Assembly (NCBI RefSeq): GCF_006345805.1
Contig: NC_043016.1
Coordinates: forward strand, 19,778,001 to 19,842,000
DNA: 64,000 bases
From: Octopus sinensis
Lineage: Eukaryota
Direction: 5' to 3'
The translations under genes were made by a program, and so were the position numbers. The first letter of the stretch is position 1. Each line of letters opens with the position of its first letter. Below, in pieces: positions 39,807 to 51,445 of this stretch. Below the pieces are notes generated by a model. The model was not told the origin of the DNA and searched no databases. It saw nothing but the letters and a program-made list of their open reading frames with translations.

Positions 39807-41976
39807 TTGTGCCAACACCATGTACAAAGCACCTGTGCTGCAACCATGTGTATAGTACCCAGTACACTCTGTAAAGTGGTTGGCATTAAGAAGGGCATCA
39901 AGCTGCAGAAACCATGCCAAAACAGAATGCCAACTGGAATATGGTTCAGCCCTTTTATTTGCCAGCTCCTGTCAAATTGTCCAATCCATGCCAACATAGA
40001 AAGCAGATGTTTAATGATGATGATTATTTATATATATATATATGGACAGCCCGGATATAATATCCATCCTCTATGTATGTGTGTGTGTGTATATATATAT
40101 ATATATTATATATATATATATTTATAAAATAGTATGTACAGTCAGATATATGAATTTAGAGCTCCATGTAGACTATTGTCATATAGTCTATTTCTTGTAC
40201 ACGTGTAGTTACAATTGTGCTTAATAGTATTACTAGTTTATTACTGGTGTACAGAGAGCATATATAGGAAAAGGTATAATGAACATAAGATGTAGTTTAT
40301 ACCATTTGTTTATGGCATTCATTCTGAGTTAGCATAATGTAATAAAGTGTTTCAAAAAACAGCCCTTATGGATTTATATTCAGTTGATCTGTGAACACTC
40401 ACTGTGGAGTATGGAAATAGCTACAATGATGAAAAAAGCATAAAGAAATGCATTTTTTTTTTTGGAACCGGGGGTCTCAAGGCACATAAACCTATAAATA
40501 ATGGCTTTAAATTTTGGCACAAGGCCAGCAATTTTGGAGTAGCGGGTAAGTCAATTACATTGACCACAGGACCCAACTAGTATTTATTAAGGATGGAAGG
40601 CAAATTTGAAATCCCACAAAGCATTTTACCCCATGTACTAATAGTTCTGCCAGCTCATAATTTTACACACTGTTATAAACAATATTGAGTTGTAAAACTC
40701 TTTTGACTAGAAAAAAGAATCAAAGATGCCTGTCAACTTGGTGATATAACTGCTGCTCTGCATGTTTGGAGGGAGTGATGCTATTGGAAGGTACTAAAAA
40801 TGTTTCATTTTCCATACAACAGCAGATGAAGAAAGTGTGCTGCGATGCAAACAGTAAATATATATTTAAAAAATGTAGTTTTATCTAGGGATTCCAAACT
40901 TTTGACTACTTCAGAATGAAATTCGGTGAATTTTATATCAAATGAAGTCATCAAGTCTCTGGGCGAGATATTTCACATTTACCATAATTGTCATCATCAT
41001 CATCAGCAGCAGCACCTTCTTATATAATTTTATCTATTATTACTATCACAATCTACCACCACTTAATTCCTTCAAGAATCAATAACAGGGACATTAATTA
41101 ATACAAGCACACATCTATAAATGTTTGTTTTTATGTCAAGTTATGGTAAAAACAATTCAACATTAAACTGAAAGATTAACCTATACTTTTTGTTGAGCAC
41201 ATATTTATTATTCTTTAACAAGAACAATGTTTACAGTGACTTCGAATTTTCAGCCTACTTAGTTGTTGGCAGTCCAGTGAAAGCCAAGCAGGCCAAAACT
41301 TCAAAGTCCCTGTCAACTCCATTCTTGTTAAAATATAGTGTGCGCGCATGTGTGTGTATGAGTCTTCACAGTTGATAGTAAGTTTTCAGTTGTTTACTCA
41401 AGTATGTGTAAGCAATCAAGCATTCTTCAGACACATCTACCCTTTATTGCATTATGTTTGAAAGAAAGGCCTACCATATTTCAAGGTGGAAAAGAAACAA
41501 ATGCTTCTCTGTTCTTAATTTATTAAAGATAATTTCCCACTTCATTATTAATAATATAATCCCATCTATTTGGTGAACTTTTAATACTTTCAGTATAAAA
41601 TTAGTCAGGTTTCGAAGCAAAAAAACACTCAATATCATTTTTAACCTCCTTAAAATTAATAAACTGTTTTCTCTCTAAATAATGTTTCAATGATCTGTAA
41701 AGATGATTGTCAGATAGAGTAAAGTCAGGAAAGTAAAGATGAGGCAAAACTTGAATGACTGGTATTTCTTATCTTATTTGCCTACCAGATTTTTTTTTTA
41801 ATTGGAATAAATGGGAGTGGTAACTGTAATGCAAACCATTCCCATTTACTGCTTGAAAAAAAAAAGGTATATACATATAAGCTTATTGTAACAATTCTTA
41901 TAAATTTGCGGTCTAATAAAGTTCATTTGCAGAAACTTTTCTTTCAACTTCATTTCAAACATTTTTACTTAACTTA

Positions 41977-42137
41977 GGCGCACATGTGGCTGTGTTGTAA
42001 GAAGCTTACTTCCTAACCACATAGTTCTGGGTTCAGTCTGACAGCGTAGCACCTTGGGCAAGTGTCCTCTACTGTAGCCTTGGGCCAACCAAAATCTTGT
42101 GAATGGATTTGGTAGGTGGAAACTGAAAGAAGCTATT

Positions 42138-42211
<74 letters not shown>

Positions 42212-42460
42212 TGAGATTCACATATCTACATGTGTTTGTCTTTGTGTCTGTGTTTGTCCCCACCACCACCACCACCATCTGACAACTGGTGTTGGTGTGT
42301 TTATATCCCCATTATTTAGCAGTTCAGCAAAAGAGACCAATAGAATAAGTACCAGGCTTTAAAAAAAATAAGTCCTGGGGTCGGTTCATTTGACTAAAAA
42401 TTCTCCAAGGTGTTACCCCATCATAGTCGCAGTCAATTGACTGACACAAGTAAAAGGTAA
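41977..42460 (+). mobile_element. OR-type SINE with an expanded (TA)n(GA)n centre
   Basis: Same family, more diverged. Confidence 0.75.
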
Positions 42461-43797
42461 AAAAAAAAAAAAAAAACCATCTTGACTTGAGATGCATTAG
42501 CAGTGTTTGTGTAGGCTACTATATGTAATTGTATAGCTGTTTGGTCCCAGGACAACATCGATTGAGCAGACTTACCAACAAAGGAATTCCAGTCACAATC
42601 AGTCTGTCTTTCTAGAAGACAATATAATATTTACATTATCCAGTGTATCATTTCTCACGATGTTAAGATGTGATTCGTGGAAGATTTGACTGCTGTTTTA
42701 GCAGGTTGAGTAACCATGTGGATGCACCCTCGTTGTCACTTTCTAATTATATGTTATATCAAAGGATCCAGTTCACACTGTTAAGTGATTGACATTAGGA
42801 AGGGCATCCAAAACTAACCTCACCTGTGCTAGTGCCATGCAAAAAGCACTCACTCCACTCTGTGGGGTGATTGGTGTTAAGATGGCGATCCAGCTGTAAA
42901 AATCTTTCCAAAACTGACACAGGAATCTAGTGCAGTCTTCTGCCTGGCCAGTTCCTGTCAAACAATCCAACCCATGCCAGCACGAAAGGCAGACATTAAA
43001 CAATGCTGATGATCCTGTTTTTAATAGATTAAATAAACTAGCAGCAAAAACACAATACTTCTATCGTTCTTTTGATAAATTTATTTCAGACATTGCAGAC
43101 AGAATTGACTTTTCCAGGCTAACCGATTAAAAATACTTGTTTGTCAAGAATAATGGTAGAATGGTTAAAAAGTTTGCTTTGCAGCTATATAGCTTTGAGT
43201 TATTTTTGCTGCACAGGACCCTAGACTGTGCTGTCTTTTACGAAAGTAGAATTTTCAATTTTGCATGAAGCACTAAAGTTATTTTGACAAATTAATCAAA
43301 TAGAGGGAAATAGTTTTTGAGTAGTTTTCCCATGCCATTGTAGATATAAATATATTTCATGAATCTATTTTCTACCAGTGAACAAGTTTACAAATGAATT
43401 TTTTGGCTGAATAAGGCAGTGAACTGACAGAAACATTACCGTGCCAGAGAAAATGCTTGGCAACATTTATTCTGACTTTACATTCTGAGTTCAATACTGC
43501 TGGGATTGATTATTTTTCTCCTTTCATCCTTTTGGGATTGATAAAATAAGTACCTGTTGAGCACTGGAGTCAATCTAATCCATTTGCCCCTTCTTCCAAA
43601 GTTGCTGGCCTTGTGCCAGAATTTGAGACCAGTATATGGATAAATGTTTAGGAGGTTTTCTCTTATTTTTTTCGATATTTTAAAGGTTTCAAATTTATAA
43701 CTTTTTTCAGTAAATTTATTTTCTTCTTGATCTTTTTGGTAAATAAAAAAAAAACAAATAATATTAAGTGTTGTTTTTATCCGATTTTCTTTTGCAG

Positions 43798-44417
43798 AAT
43801 CAGCTGAACGAACAGATCCTTTTGTTTCCAAAGGGGAAGAAAATTCCGACAGTCAAGTTTCTGTGAAGCAGCGAGTTAAAAAATTTGAAGTAACGAAACC
43901 AGAAACTAAAGCAAAACAACAGAAAGAAGAAAGGGTAAAACCTTGCCCACCGCCGGTTCCTGCCAAACCTAGGTCTTTGTTACTTAGAACATCATCAGAG
44001 ATTTCTGCTGAAAGAAAGAACAGTTTGCCAGGACAACTGTTACCTTCAGAAGACATTGGTAGTCTGGGTCTACGAGGACAGCATCATGTCCCAGGACAAC
44101 TGTTACCTTCAGAAGACAGTGATAGTCTGGGTCTGCGAGGACAGCATCATGTCCTTGGTGATTTTAGTAAACCAAGCAGTGACTCGGGTGTTTCACTTGA
44201 ATCAAATATTAGTCCATTAATTCACCAGAAATTAAGTCGGAACCAGAACCAGTTTCCTCCGAAACCAAAAGCTATAGCAACCTGTGATCATAGTATGGGG
44301 CAGGCAAGTGGAGATACCCCACCAACAAAATGTTGGGATGGTGGTACAGAAAACCAACAGTCATCTTATCTTAATACAACTTCAGAATCTCGTTATTTTC
44401 CTTCAAAGCAATCCATG
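43798..44417 (+). CDS. Internal coding exon, disordered, with a PPPVPAKP class-II SH3-ligand-like motif
   Basis: Acceptor ttttcttttgcAG and donor ATG|GTAATT. 620 nt open, inside track ORF 43863-44528 and extending upstream of it. Phase 1 in, phase 0 out. The three exons total 996 nt = 332 codons. Confidence 0.8.
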
Positions 44418-45005
44418 GTAATTACGTTTTTTTTTTTTTTCATATTATTTATTTACACACATACACACACATTTTTATATCACAGAATGCATCAATTTTT
44501 CCTTTTCTTGTCTGAAGGTTGGGGATAAACAGTGTCCTTGCTCTTTGGAATTTCAGGTGAGATGGATGCCCCCATGTTCCTCTTGAACCCTATAAGTCAA
44601 CACCTGTGGAAAAGGCATGAGCTAGGAAAGAATCACAGAAGACTGACAGTCTGAGCATAGTGACTAGTGTGGAACTTAGGATGGGATGTGAGGGAAAACA
44701 AGGGTGATGGATGGGAATTGCCCAATTGCAGATTCCTATGGTAATGATAAAAAAAAAGCCAGAGAGCAGAGACAGCCCACCTGTTGGCCAGAGGTTGGAG
44801 CCTGCCTATGAGTGATTTTATATCATTCAGTCAAGTAGCTCTTTCCTGGTTGTCTGTGTGTGCAGCTGCAGCAATACTGTTTCAGATACGAGAGTAATAC
44901 TTTATTATGGGTCTCATTTGAGCGTTATAGAATATCAGTAATTGTTGAGGACTGAAGTATCTTCTGGCCTTGGAAAAAAGAGCCTGCTGTTGTGATGATG
45001 TTGAG

Positions 45006-45282
45006 CAGTGGTTCTCAACTGGGATCCATATAAGATTTTGGTCTGGGGTCCACCTAACAAAAGAATAAATTGGAGATCAACAACAGTATTTTAAGGGCCC
45101 CTGAAATTCTTTTGCATTGGTATGTATTACAAGAAACAGCTAGGTTTCTTCCTCTCACATTTTATATAATTCAACAAGTTAAACTAGTTTTAAACATCAA
45201 ATTATTATGGGGTGGGGGGGGTGTCCATCAGAATAAATAGTAATCAAAGGGGTCCATAGGTAAAAATGTTTGAGAACACCTG
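45006..45282. mobile_element. hAT-type MITE related to 22152-22378
   Basis: Ends cagtggttctcaac and tttgagaacacctg, with a shared ggtccataggtaaaaa subterminal motif. No clear TSD. Confidence 0.6.
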
Positions 45283-45674
45283 CAGCTTTGAAAGGAATCA
45301 TATACAGGTACACTACACGTTTTCTGGCAACTGATGAACCTTTACCTCTTTCAGTCTGAACATAATTATATAAGAGCATGACCCTTATAAATAACTTTCC
45401 AATGCAAAGCTTTTACAAACACACACATTCATTTGTCCACTAGTAACACATGAAGGTGGAAATGCTCTCCCTGCACCTAATAATATAGCATTTAAATTGC
45501 CCCCCCACACACACACACACACATCCAGCCCAAATATTCTACCTGTTTTATGTTCAAACAAGCCAGATCCAGCCTCTCACACCCACACTAAAATTCTTTA
45601 AAAAAAATAATAAACAATCACATCATCAAAATCATGAAGCTATGAGACAATGCATAGCAAATTTTTAAAGAATG

Positions 45675-45832
45675 TGAAGGAGTGGCTGTGGTAAGTAGCT
45701 TGCTTACCAACCACATGGTTCTGGGTTCAGTCCCACTGCATGGCACCTTGGGCAAGTGTCTTCTATTATAGCCTTGGGCCGACCAAAGCCTTATGAGTGG
45801 ATTTGGTAGAGAGAAACTGAAAGAAGCCCATC

Positions 45833-45874
<42 letters not shown>

Positions 45875-46072
45875 TTGTGTTGTCTGTGTTTGTCCATCGC
45901 TTAACAACCAATGCTGGTTCATTTATGTCCCCATAACTTAGCAGTCCAGCAAAACAGACTGATAGAATAAGTACTAGGCTTACAAAGAATAAGTCCTTGG
46001 GTCAATTTGCTCAACTAAAAGCGGTGCTCCAGCATGGCTGCAGTCAAATGACTGAAACTAGTAAAAGAATAA
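45675..46072 (+). mobile_element. OR-type SINE
   Basis: Same family. Confidence 0.8.
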
Positions 46073-46667
46073 ATAAATCTCATATTTGATCTGAATGCTA
46101 AAGGCTTAACACGAAACATAACACCACTTGCTAATTCCCTTAGGACTTGCCCCTTTCTCTTCCCCCCTTTCTCTTCCTGCTTCTTGCTCTTTCACTCAAA
46201 GGCAAGTTAATATAACTCAACCTCTCACTGAAGAGAATACAATTCTCCAGTATGAACTGAAAAAGGTAAAGGTAAATTATATGCCCTTCACATTTACTTT
46301 TCAAGAGAGGGTTTTGATGGGCAGGGTGTGGGGTGCTTGCAGTTAGAAAGTTAGCATGTGGCATCAGATTTTGTCTCAGTTACTTGTATGCTTTCATACT
46401 CTTTATATTTGAAAGTTTGGTAGAATGTTTCCGTCTCAATAACATGTTTCTAGTGAAGTAACAAAGTTACGTCATGGAGATTGAGTAGGAAAAATTTATT
46501 AAAAACATGGCAGCGGTCTTTATGAATTATCATTATGTGACCCCTTTTCATTGATAAGACAGAAATCGATAACCTGGCATGAATCAGGAACCAAGGATGC
46601 CAAAAATTTGTGGTGCACCTTGCATGTGTGTACACACACACACAAACATACATTCATACATGTATAT

Positions 46668-46744
<77 letters not shown>

Positions 46745-46745
<1 letters not shown>

Positions 46746-47581
46746 GAGGCCTGATCAATAAGTATCTGGACTGTTGCCATAGTAACGGAGCTAAAGCATG
46801 CAGAGTGAAGCCACTTGGCAAAAATTAGCCTTCAACTCTGCTGTGCATGTGCACTAAGGTTTTATGTTCTAGCTCACTTCCACTGTTTACAGCAGTGCTT
46901 GGAAGGAAGGTATGTAGCATGTGATCATTGCATTGACCATGACAGAGAAAGTTGGCATGGTAATACCTGCTCAGAGGCCAACACAAAGTTGCAAAAAGTG
47001 TATAGAGAGGAGTGTATGAGCCACACACAAGTGTATGAGTGGTTCAAAGGCTTCCAAGATGGATGAAAAAAATGTTGATATTGACGAGCATTCTCGAAGA
47101 CCTACAACCAGCAGAACTGAGAAAAACATCAGAGATGTGCATGCAGCTGTGAGGGGAAATCATCAAATCGCCATCCATGAGTTATCAGAGAATGTGCAGA
47201 TTAGTTATGGTTCAGTTCAGTCCATTATCACTGAATATTTGGACATGAGACGCGTGTCTGCCAGGTTTGTTCCAAAAACTGCTTTCAAGAACGAGAACTT
47301 TTTGAAAACTTTACCTTGGTATCTGAGCAGGTATCGCCAAGCTTTTGGCAAAATTTGACGCAGATTCTCTGCTCAACTTTCTCTGTCATGATCAATATAA
47401 TGATCACACGCTACACATCTTCCTTTCAAGAACTGCTGTAAACAGCAGAAGTGAGTTACAACATTAAAACTTAGTGACCTTGAACCGCAGAGTTCAAGGT
47501 CAATCTGCCAAGCGGTTTCACTCTCTGTACTCTAGCTTTGTTACTATAGCAACAGTCCGGATACTTATTGATCAGACCACA
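46745..47581 (+). mobile_element. Internally deleted mariner with long (about 250 bp) inverted ends
   Basis: TA-flanked TIRs tgaggcctgatcaataagtatc and gatacttattgatcagaccaca. Encodes only the N-terminal HTH region up to RRVSARFVPK. Confidence 0.85.
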
Positions 47582-47820
47582 TATATATATATATATAATG
47601 TGCATTGACATCATAAAGAATCTGTTGCAGGAATATTGTTGTACTCTTTGCAAATTTGTTCCAAGTTAACCCTTTACTTGATGTATTGATTACATGCTTT
47701 TCATTGCAGTTCTTTCCATTTCTAACAGAATCACAAATTACAATTCTCTGTGTGTGTGTGTGCACGCATGTTTGTGTACATATATGTGTATTGAATATAT
47801 GCATATATATGTATGTAAAT

Positions 47821-47902
<82 letters not shown>

Positions 47903-47941
47903 AAATATTAGAGAGTATGGCTCCAACTTACAGGGAAAGAT

Positions 47942-48282
47942 TAGATTTAGGATCAAATCAAATTTCACAGTATAAATATATGAATATAAAATATGAATTA
48001 GAGATAAAACCACTATTAGGCAACTCAAACAGTGATACACATAAACCAATACATAAATAACAAATAATATAAATATAATTAATATAGTATATAATATATA
48101 TATAATTAGAATTTTTTTTATATTTATCATTCTTTTTATACTTTTGGTTAAAAATAATTTTTATTTTAAATTTTACATATATATATTATATACTATATTA
48201 ATTATATTTATTATTTGTTATTTATGTATTGGTTTATGTCTATCACTGTTTGAGTTGCCTAATAGTGTTTTATCTCTAATTC

Positions 48283-48313
<31 letters not shown>

Positions 48314-48335
48314 TGTTTCTGATGTAATCCTAAAT
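47942..48335. repeat. AT-rich foldback with arms of about 155 bp
   Basis: ataaaaccactattaggcaactcaaacagtgata...ataaaccaatacataaataacaaata is mirrored at about 48178-48335. Confidence 0.85.
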
Positions 48336-48614
48336 ATATTATTAATATATTGTAATGTTCACTGTTTCAGTTTCGCTACCCTTTTTTCATCTATTCAGTC
48401 GCAAGACAAAGTAGGGTAGGAGTAGAGGGTTTGATAACCTTTTACATGCTTTGCCAGACTAGTGAGATAGTTATTGTTTGGCTTGAACTTATAGTAAGGG
48501 TGGCAGGCAGCCAGGGAGAAGAAATAATGTTACTGTATACAAACAGGAATTGTAGTGTGTTGGTAAATGAATCTTTGCCAATCAGTTGAATTGCTTCTTT
48601 TTTTTTTTTTTTGT

Positions 48615-48790
48615 ATGAAGTCTAGAATGTTTGAATAGTCCAATATCAATGCCGTTTTATTACTATAAAGGGTTAACAAAGGACCAATACTGGAGTGTTT
48701 ACTGGTGTTAAAGAGGAAGCCTAGTGTTTTGGATGTAGATTTGGCAACTTCTCTCTCACACATTCTCTTGCATGCAAACGTACAGAATGA
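48615..48790 (-). pseudogene. CR1/L2-like LINE relic
   Basis: AKSTSKTLGFLFNTSKHSSIGPLLTLY...LDYS resembles the post-RT region of CR1/L2 ORF2. Confidence 0.4.
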
Positions 48791-48884
48791 GATAATGCAT
48801 GATAAATTCAAAACAATGTGAATTAATAAGCATTACATTTAATAGAATAATATGAATGCTAAAGGGTTATACATATCTTCTTCA

Positions 48885-50135
48885 TCATTTAATGTCCATT
48901 GTCCATGCTGGCGTGGGTTGGACAGTTTGACCAGGGCTGGCAAGCTGGAAGGCTGCATCAGGCTTCAGTCTGATTTGGCATGGTTTTCTACAGCTGGATG
49001 CCCTTCCTAACGCCAACCACTCTGAGAGTGTAATGAGTGGTTTTACATGCCACCAGCATGGGTACCATTTGCATGACAGGGTACTTTTACATGCCACTGG
49101 CATGGGTGCCAATTTGTGTGACACCGGTATGTGCCATGACTGTGATTTTGCTCAGCTTGATAGGTCTTCTTTGCAAGTATAGCATAATGCCAAAGGTCTC
49201 AGGCATTGCCTCCATGATGCCCAACACACGAAATGAACTCATCTGATTTGCCTCCATGAGGCTCAACACTCAAAAGGTATTCTTTACATGCCACAAGCAT
49301 GGGGGCACTTGGCTTGACGGGACTTCTCCAGCACAGCACAGCACATCACCAAAGGTTTGAGTCACTAGTCATTGTCTCTGTGAAGCTCAGAGTTTGAAGA
49401 TCATGTCTTCCTGGTCTACCTCTACCAGAGGTTCCTTCCACATTTAGTGATCGGCACTTCTTTACACAGCTGTCCTCGTCCATATGCACCACATGACCAT
49501 ACCAGTGCAGTCATCTCTCTTGCACATCACATCTGATTCCTCTTATGCCTAACTTTTCTCTCAAGATGCTTACACTCTGTCGAACATGCACACTGACATT
49601 GCACATCCAGCAAAGCATACTCGCTTCATTTCTTTCAAGCCCATGCATGTCCTTGGCTGCTATAGCCCATGTTTCACTGCCATGCAGCCTGGCTGTTCAC
49701 ACACAGGTATAAAACAATCTGCCTTTCACTCTGAAAAAGAAACCTTTTGTTGCTAGCAGGAGTAAGGGCTCTCTGAAATTTGCCTATCCTAATATTATTC
49801 TCATAGTTATGCTCTCAGAGCATCCACCTCCAATACTAACTTAGATAATGGAAACTATCTACTATCTCTAGCTTGCTCCTCAAGCAGTTGATGGAGTCTA
49901 TTTTCTGCACATTTTCAGCATTTATTGTACCTGTGCATCTTCTGCACACAAAAGCTAGTTTCCCTGTTAACCTTCCTCTGATATTGCTGCACCTTTTACG
50001 TGTCCAAACCTTACACTGGGTGCATCTTATGGAGTTTCTACTTACACCTTTTCTACAGATTGAGCAGGGCATCTTTTAGCCTTTAAACTGGCTAGATCTG
50101 GCCTCTCCCACCAACCCTGCTATGTCATCCTAAAG
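48885..50135 (-). mobile_element. Decayed RTE-clade LINE, 3' part with a PHD-like finger and 3' UTR
   Basis: CSICRKGVSRNSIRCTQC...CSNIRG...VCRRC, then HGSETW and WYGHV motifs and GRGRP. The UTR ends in the (CAT/GAT)n-tailed sequence shared with local SINE-like copies. Confidence 0.8.
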
Positions 50136-51080
50136 ATAAACAATCACATCATTGAAATCTCAAAACTATGATAAATTCAAAACAATGTGAAGAAATAAGT
50201 ATTTGTCAGAGGAATCGTAATGTGAAAAAATAAGCATTACATTTGACAGAGTAAAAGGTTAAAATATGTTTGTAGTTGTTTAGTCCCAGGTCATTAAGGG
50301 TCAGGAAAAAATATAATCAAAGGCACTCCAATTATGACCTTCTTAACTTTTTATTGTTAAATTTTTTTTTTTACCTAATGCATCCTTTCTTTACTTAAAA
50401 CAATTGTGTATTATTAGAGGGAAATTTAGCTGTTATTTCTACCCTGTTGTAGAACTACAAGGAGGTTCTCTCATTGGATCAGCAAACAGTTTGTTGTTAG
50501 GTTTGCTGTCATTACAATATTTACAAAAGTTTGAGTCACTGTAGACAAAATAATTAATGCAATTAGTTACCATTGGAATTCTGTGTTGTTATTTTTGAGT
50601 CCAAGGCTCAGCCTTAATTGAACAGACACAATGGTCAGGCATAATTAAGCAAACATAATGGTCATGACCACACTGTCTTTTAGTGGATTGTTTGAGACTA
50701 AACCATCTAATATAGACCTTTCTTTATTTAAAACTGTCAGGCACATAACCTGAGGGAGACTTCACTGCTATGTCTAACAAGTTCACCAACTGTACAGAGG
50801 CTTTGTCATTGAACTGAGTGTGTAGGAACATCATGGTTGTGTAAAATAATGATTATATGGATATGAGTTTCAAGGACTGTAGGGTGACTCGTTGATCAAT
50901 CATGTTACACACGCCTTGGTCTACCTTGCTGACCAATCAAATTACACTACTAGCCAACATGGAAGCTTCTACCTGGTTACTTATTCTGCTAGAAATAACA
51001 ACCAAGCACCTCTCCTAAATCATACAGTACTGTCTTTAAAAAACAATAAGCAAGGGCATGCTGGACACTGTAGGTCCTAT

Positions 51081-51445
51081 CATCATCATCATCATTTAAC
51101 GTCTGCTTTCCATGCTGGCATGGGTTGGATGATTTGACTGAGGACTGGCGAACGAGATATCTGCACCAGGCTCCAATCTGATCTGGCAGAGTTTCTACAG
51201 CTGGATGCCCTTCCTAACACCAGCCGCTCCAAGAGTGTAGTGGGTGCCTTTATGTGCCACCGGCATGAGGGCCAGTCAGGCGGTACTGGCAATGGCCATG
51301 CTCAAATGGTACTTTTTTATGTGCCACCTGCACAGGAGCCAGTCCAGCGGCACTGGCAACGACCACGCTTGAATGTTGTTTTTCACATGACACCAGCACA
51401 AGTGCCAGTAAGGTGATGCAGGTAATGATCATGCTTGAATGGTGA
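51081..51445 (-). mobile_element. RTE-tail element with roughly 60-bp subrepeats
   Basis: (CAT)n tail, gctggatgcccttcctaac core and repeated tttatgtgccacc units. Confidence 0.8.

Noticed and set aside
47565-48419. YI/IY-rich ORFs (also 46520-46780 and 54094-54351)
   Set aside because: These are translations of (TA)n/(CA)n microsatellites.
48798-50263. Direct repeats (atgataaattcaaaacaatgtgaa...) flanking the RTE fragment
   Set aside because: They are too long and diverged for a TSD and look like two ends of a dispersed TTAA-type MITE family.
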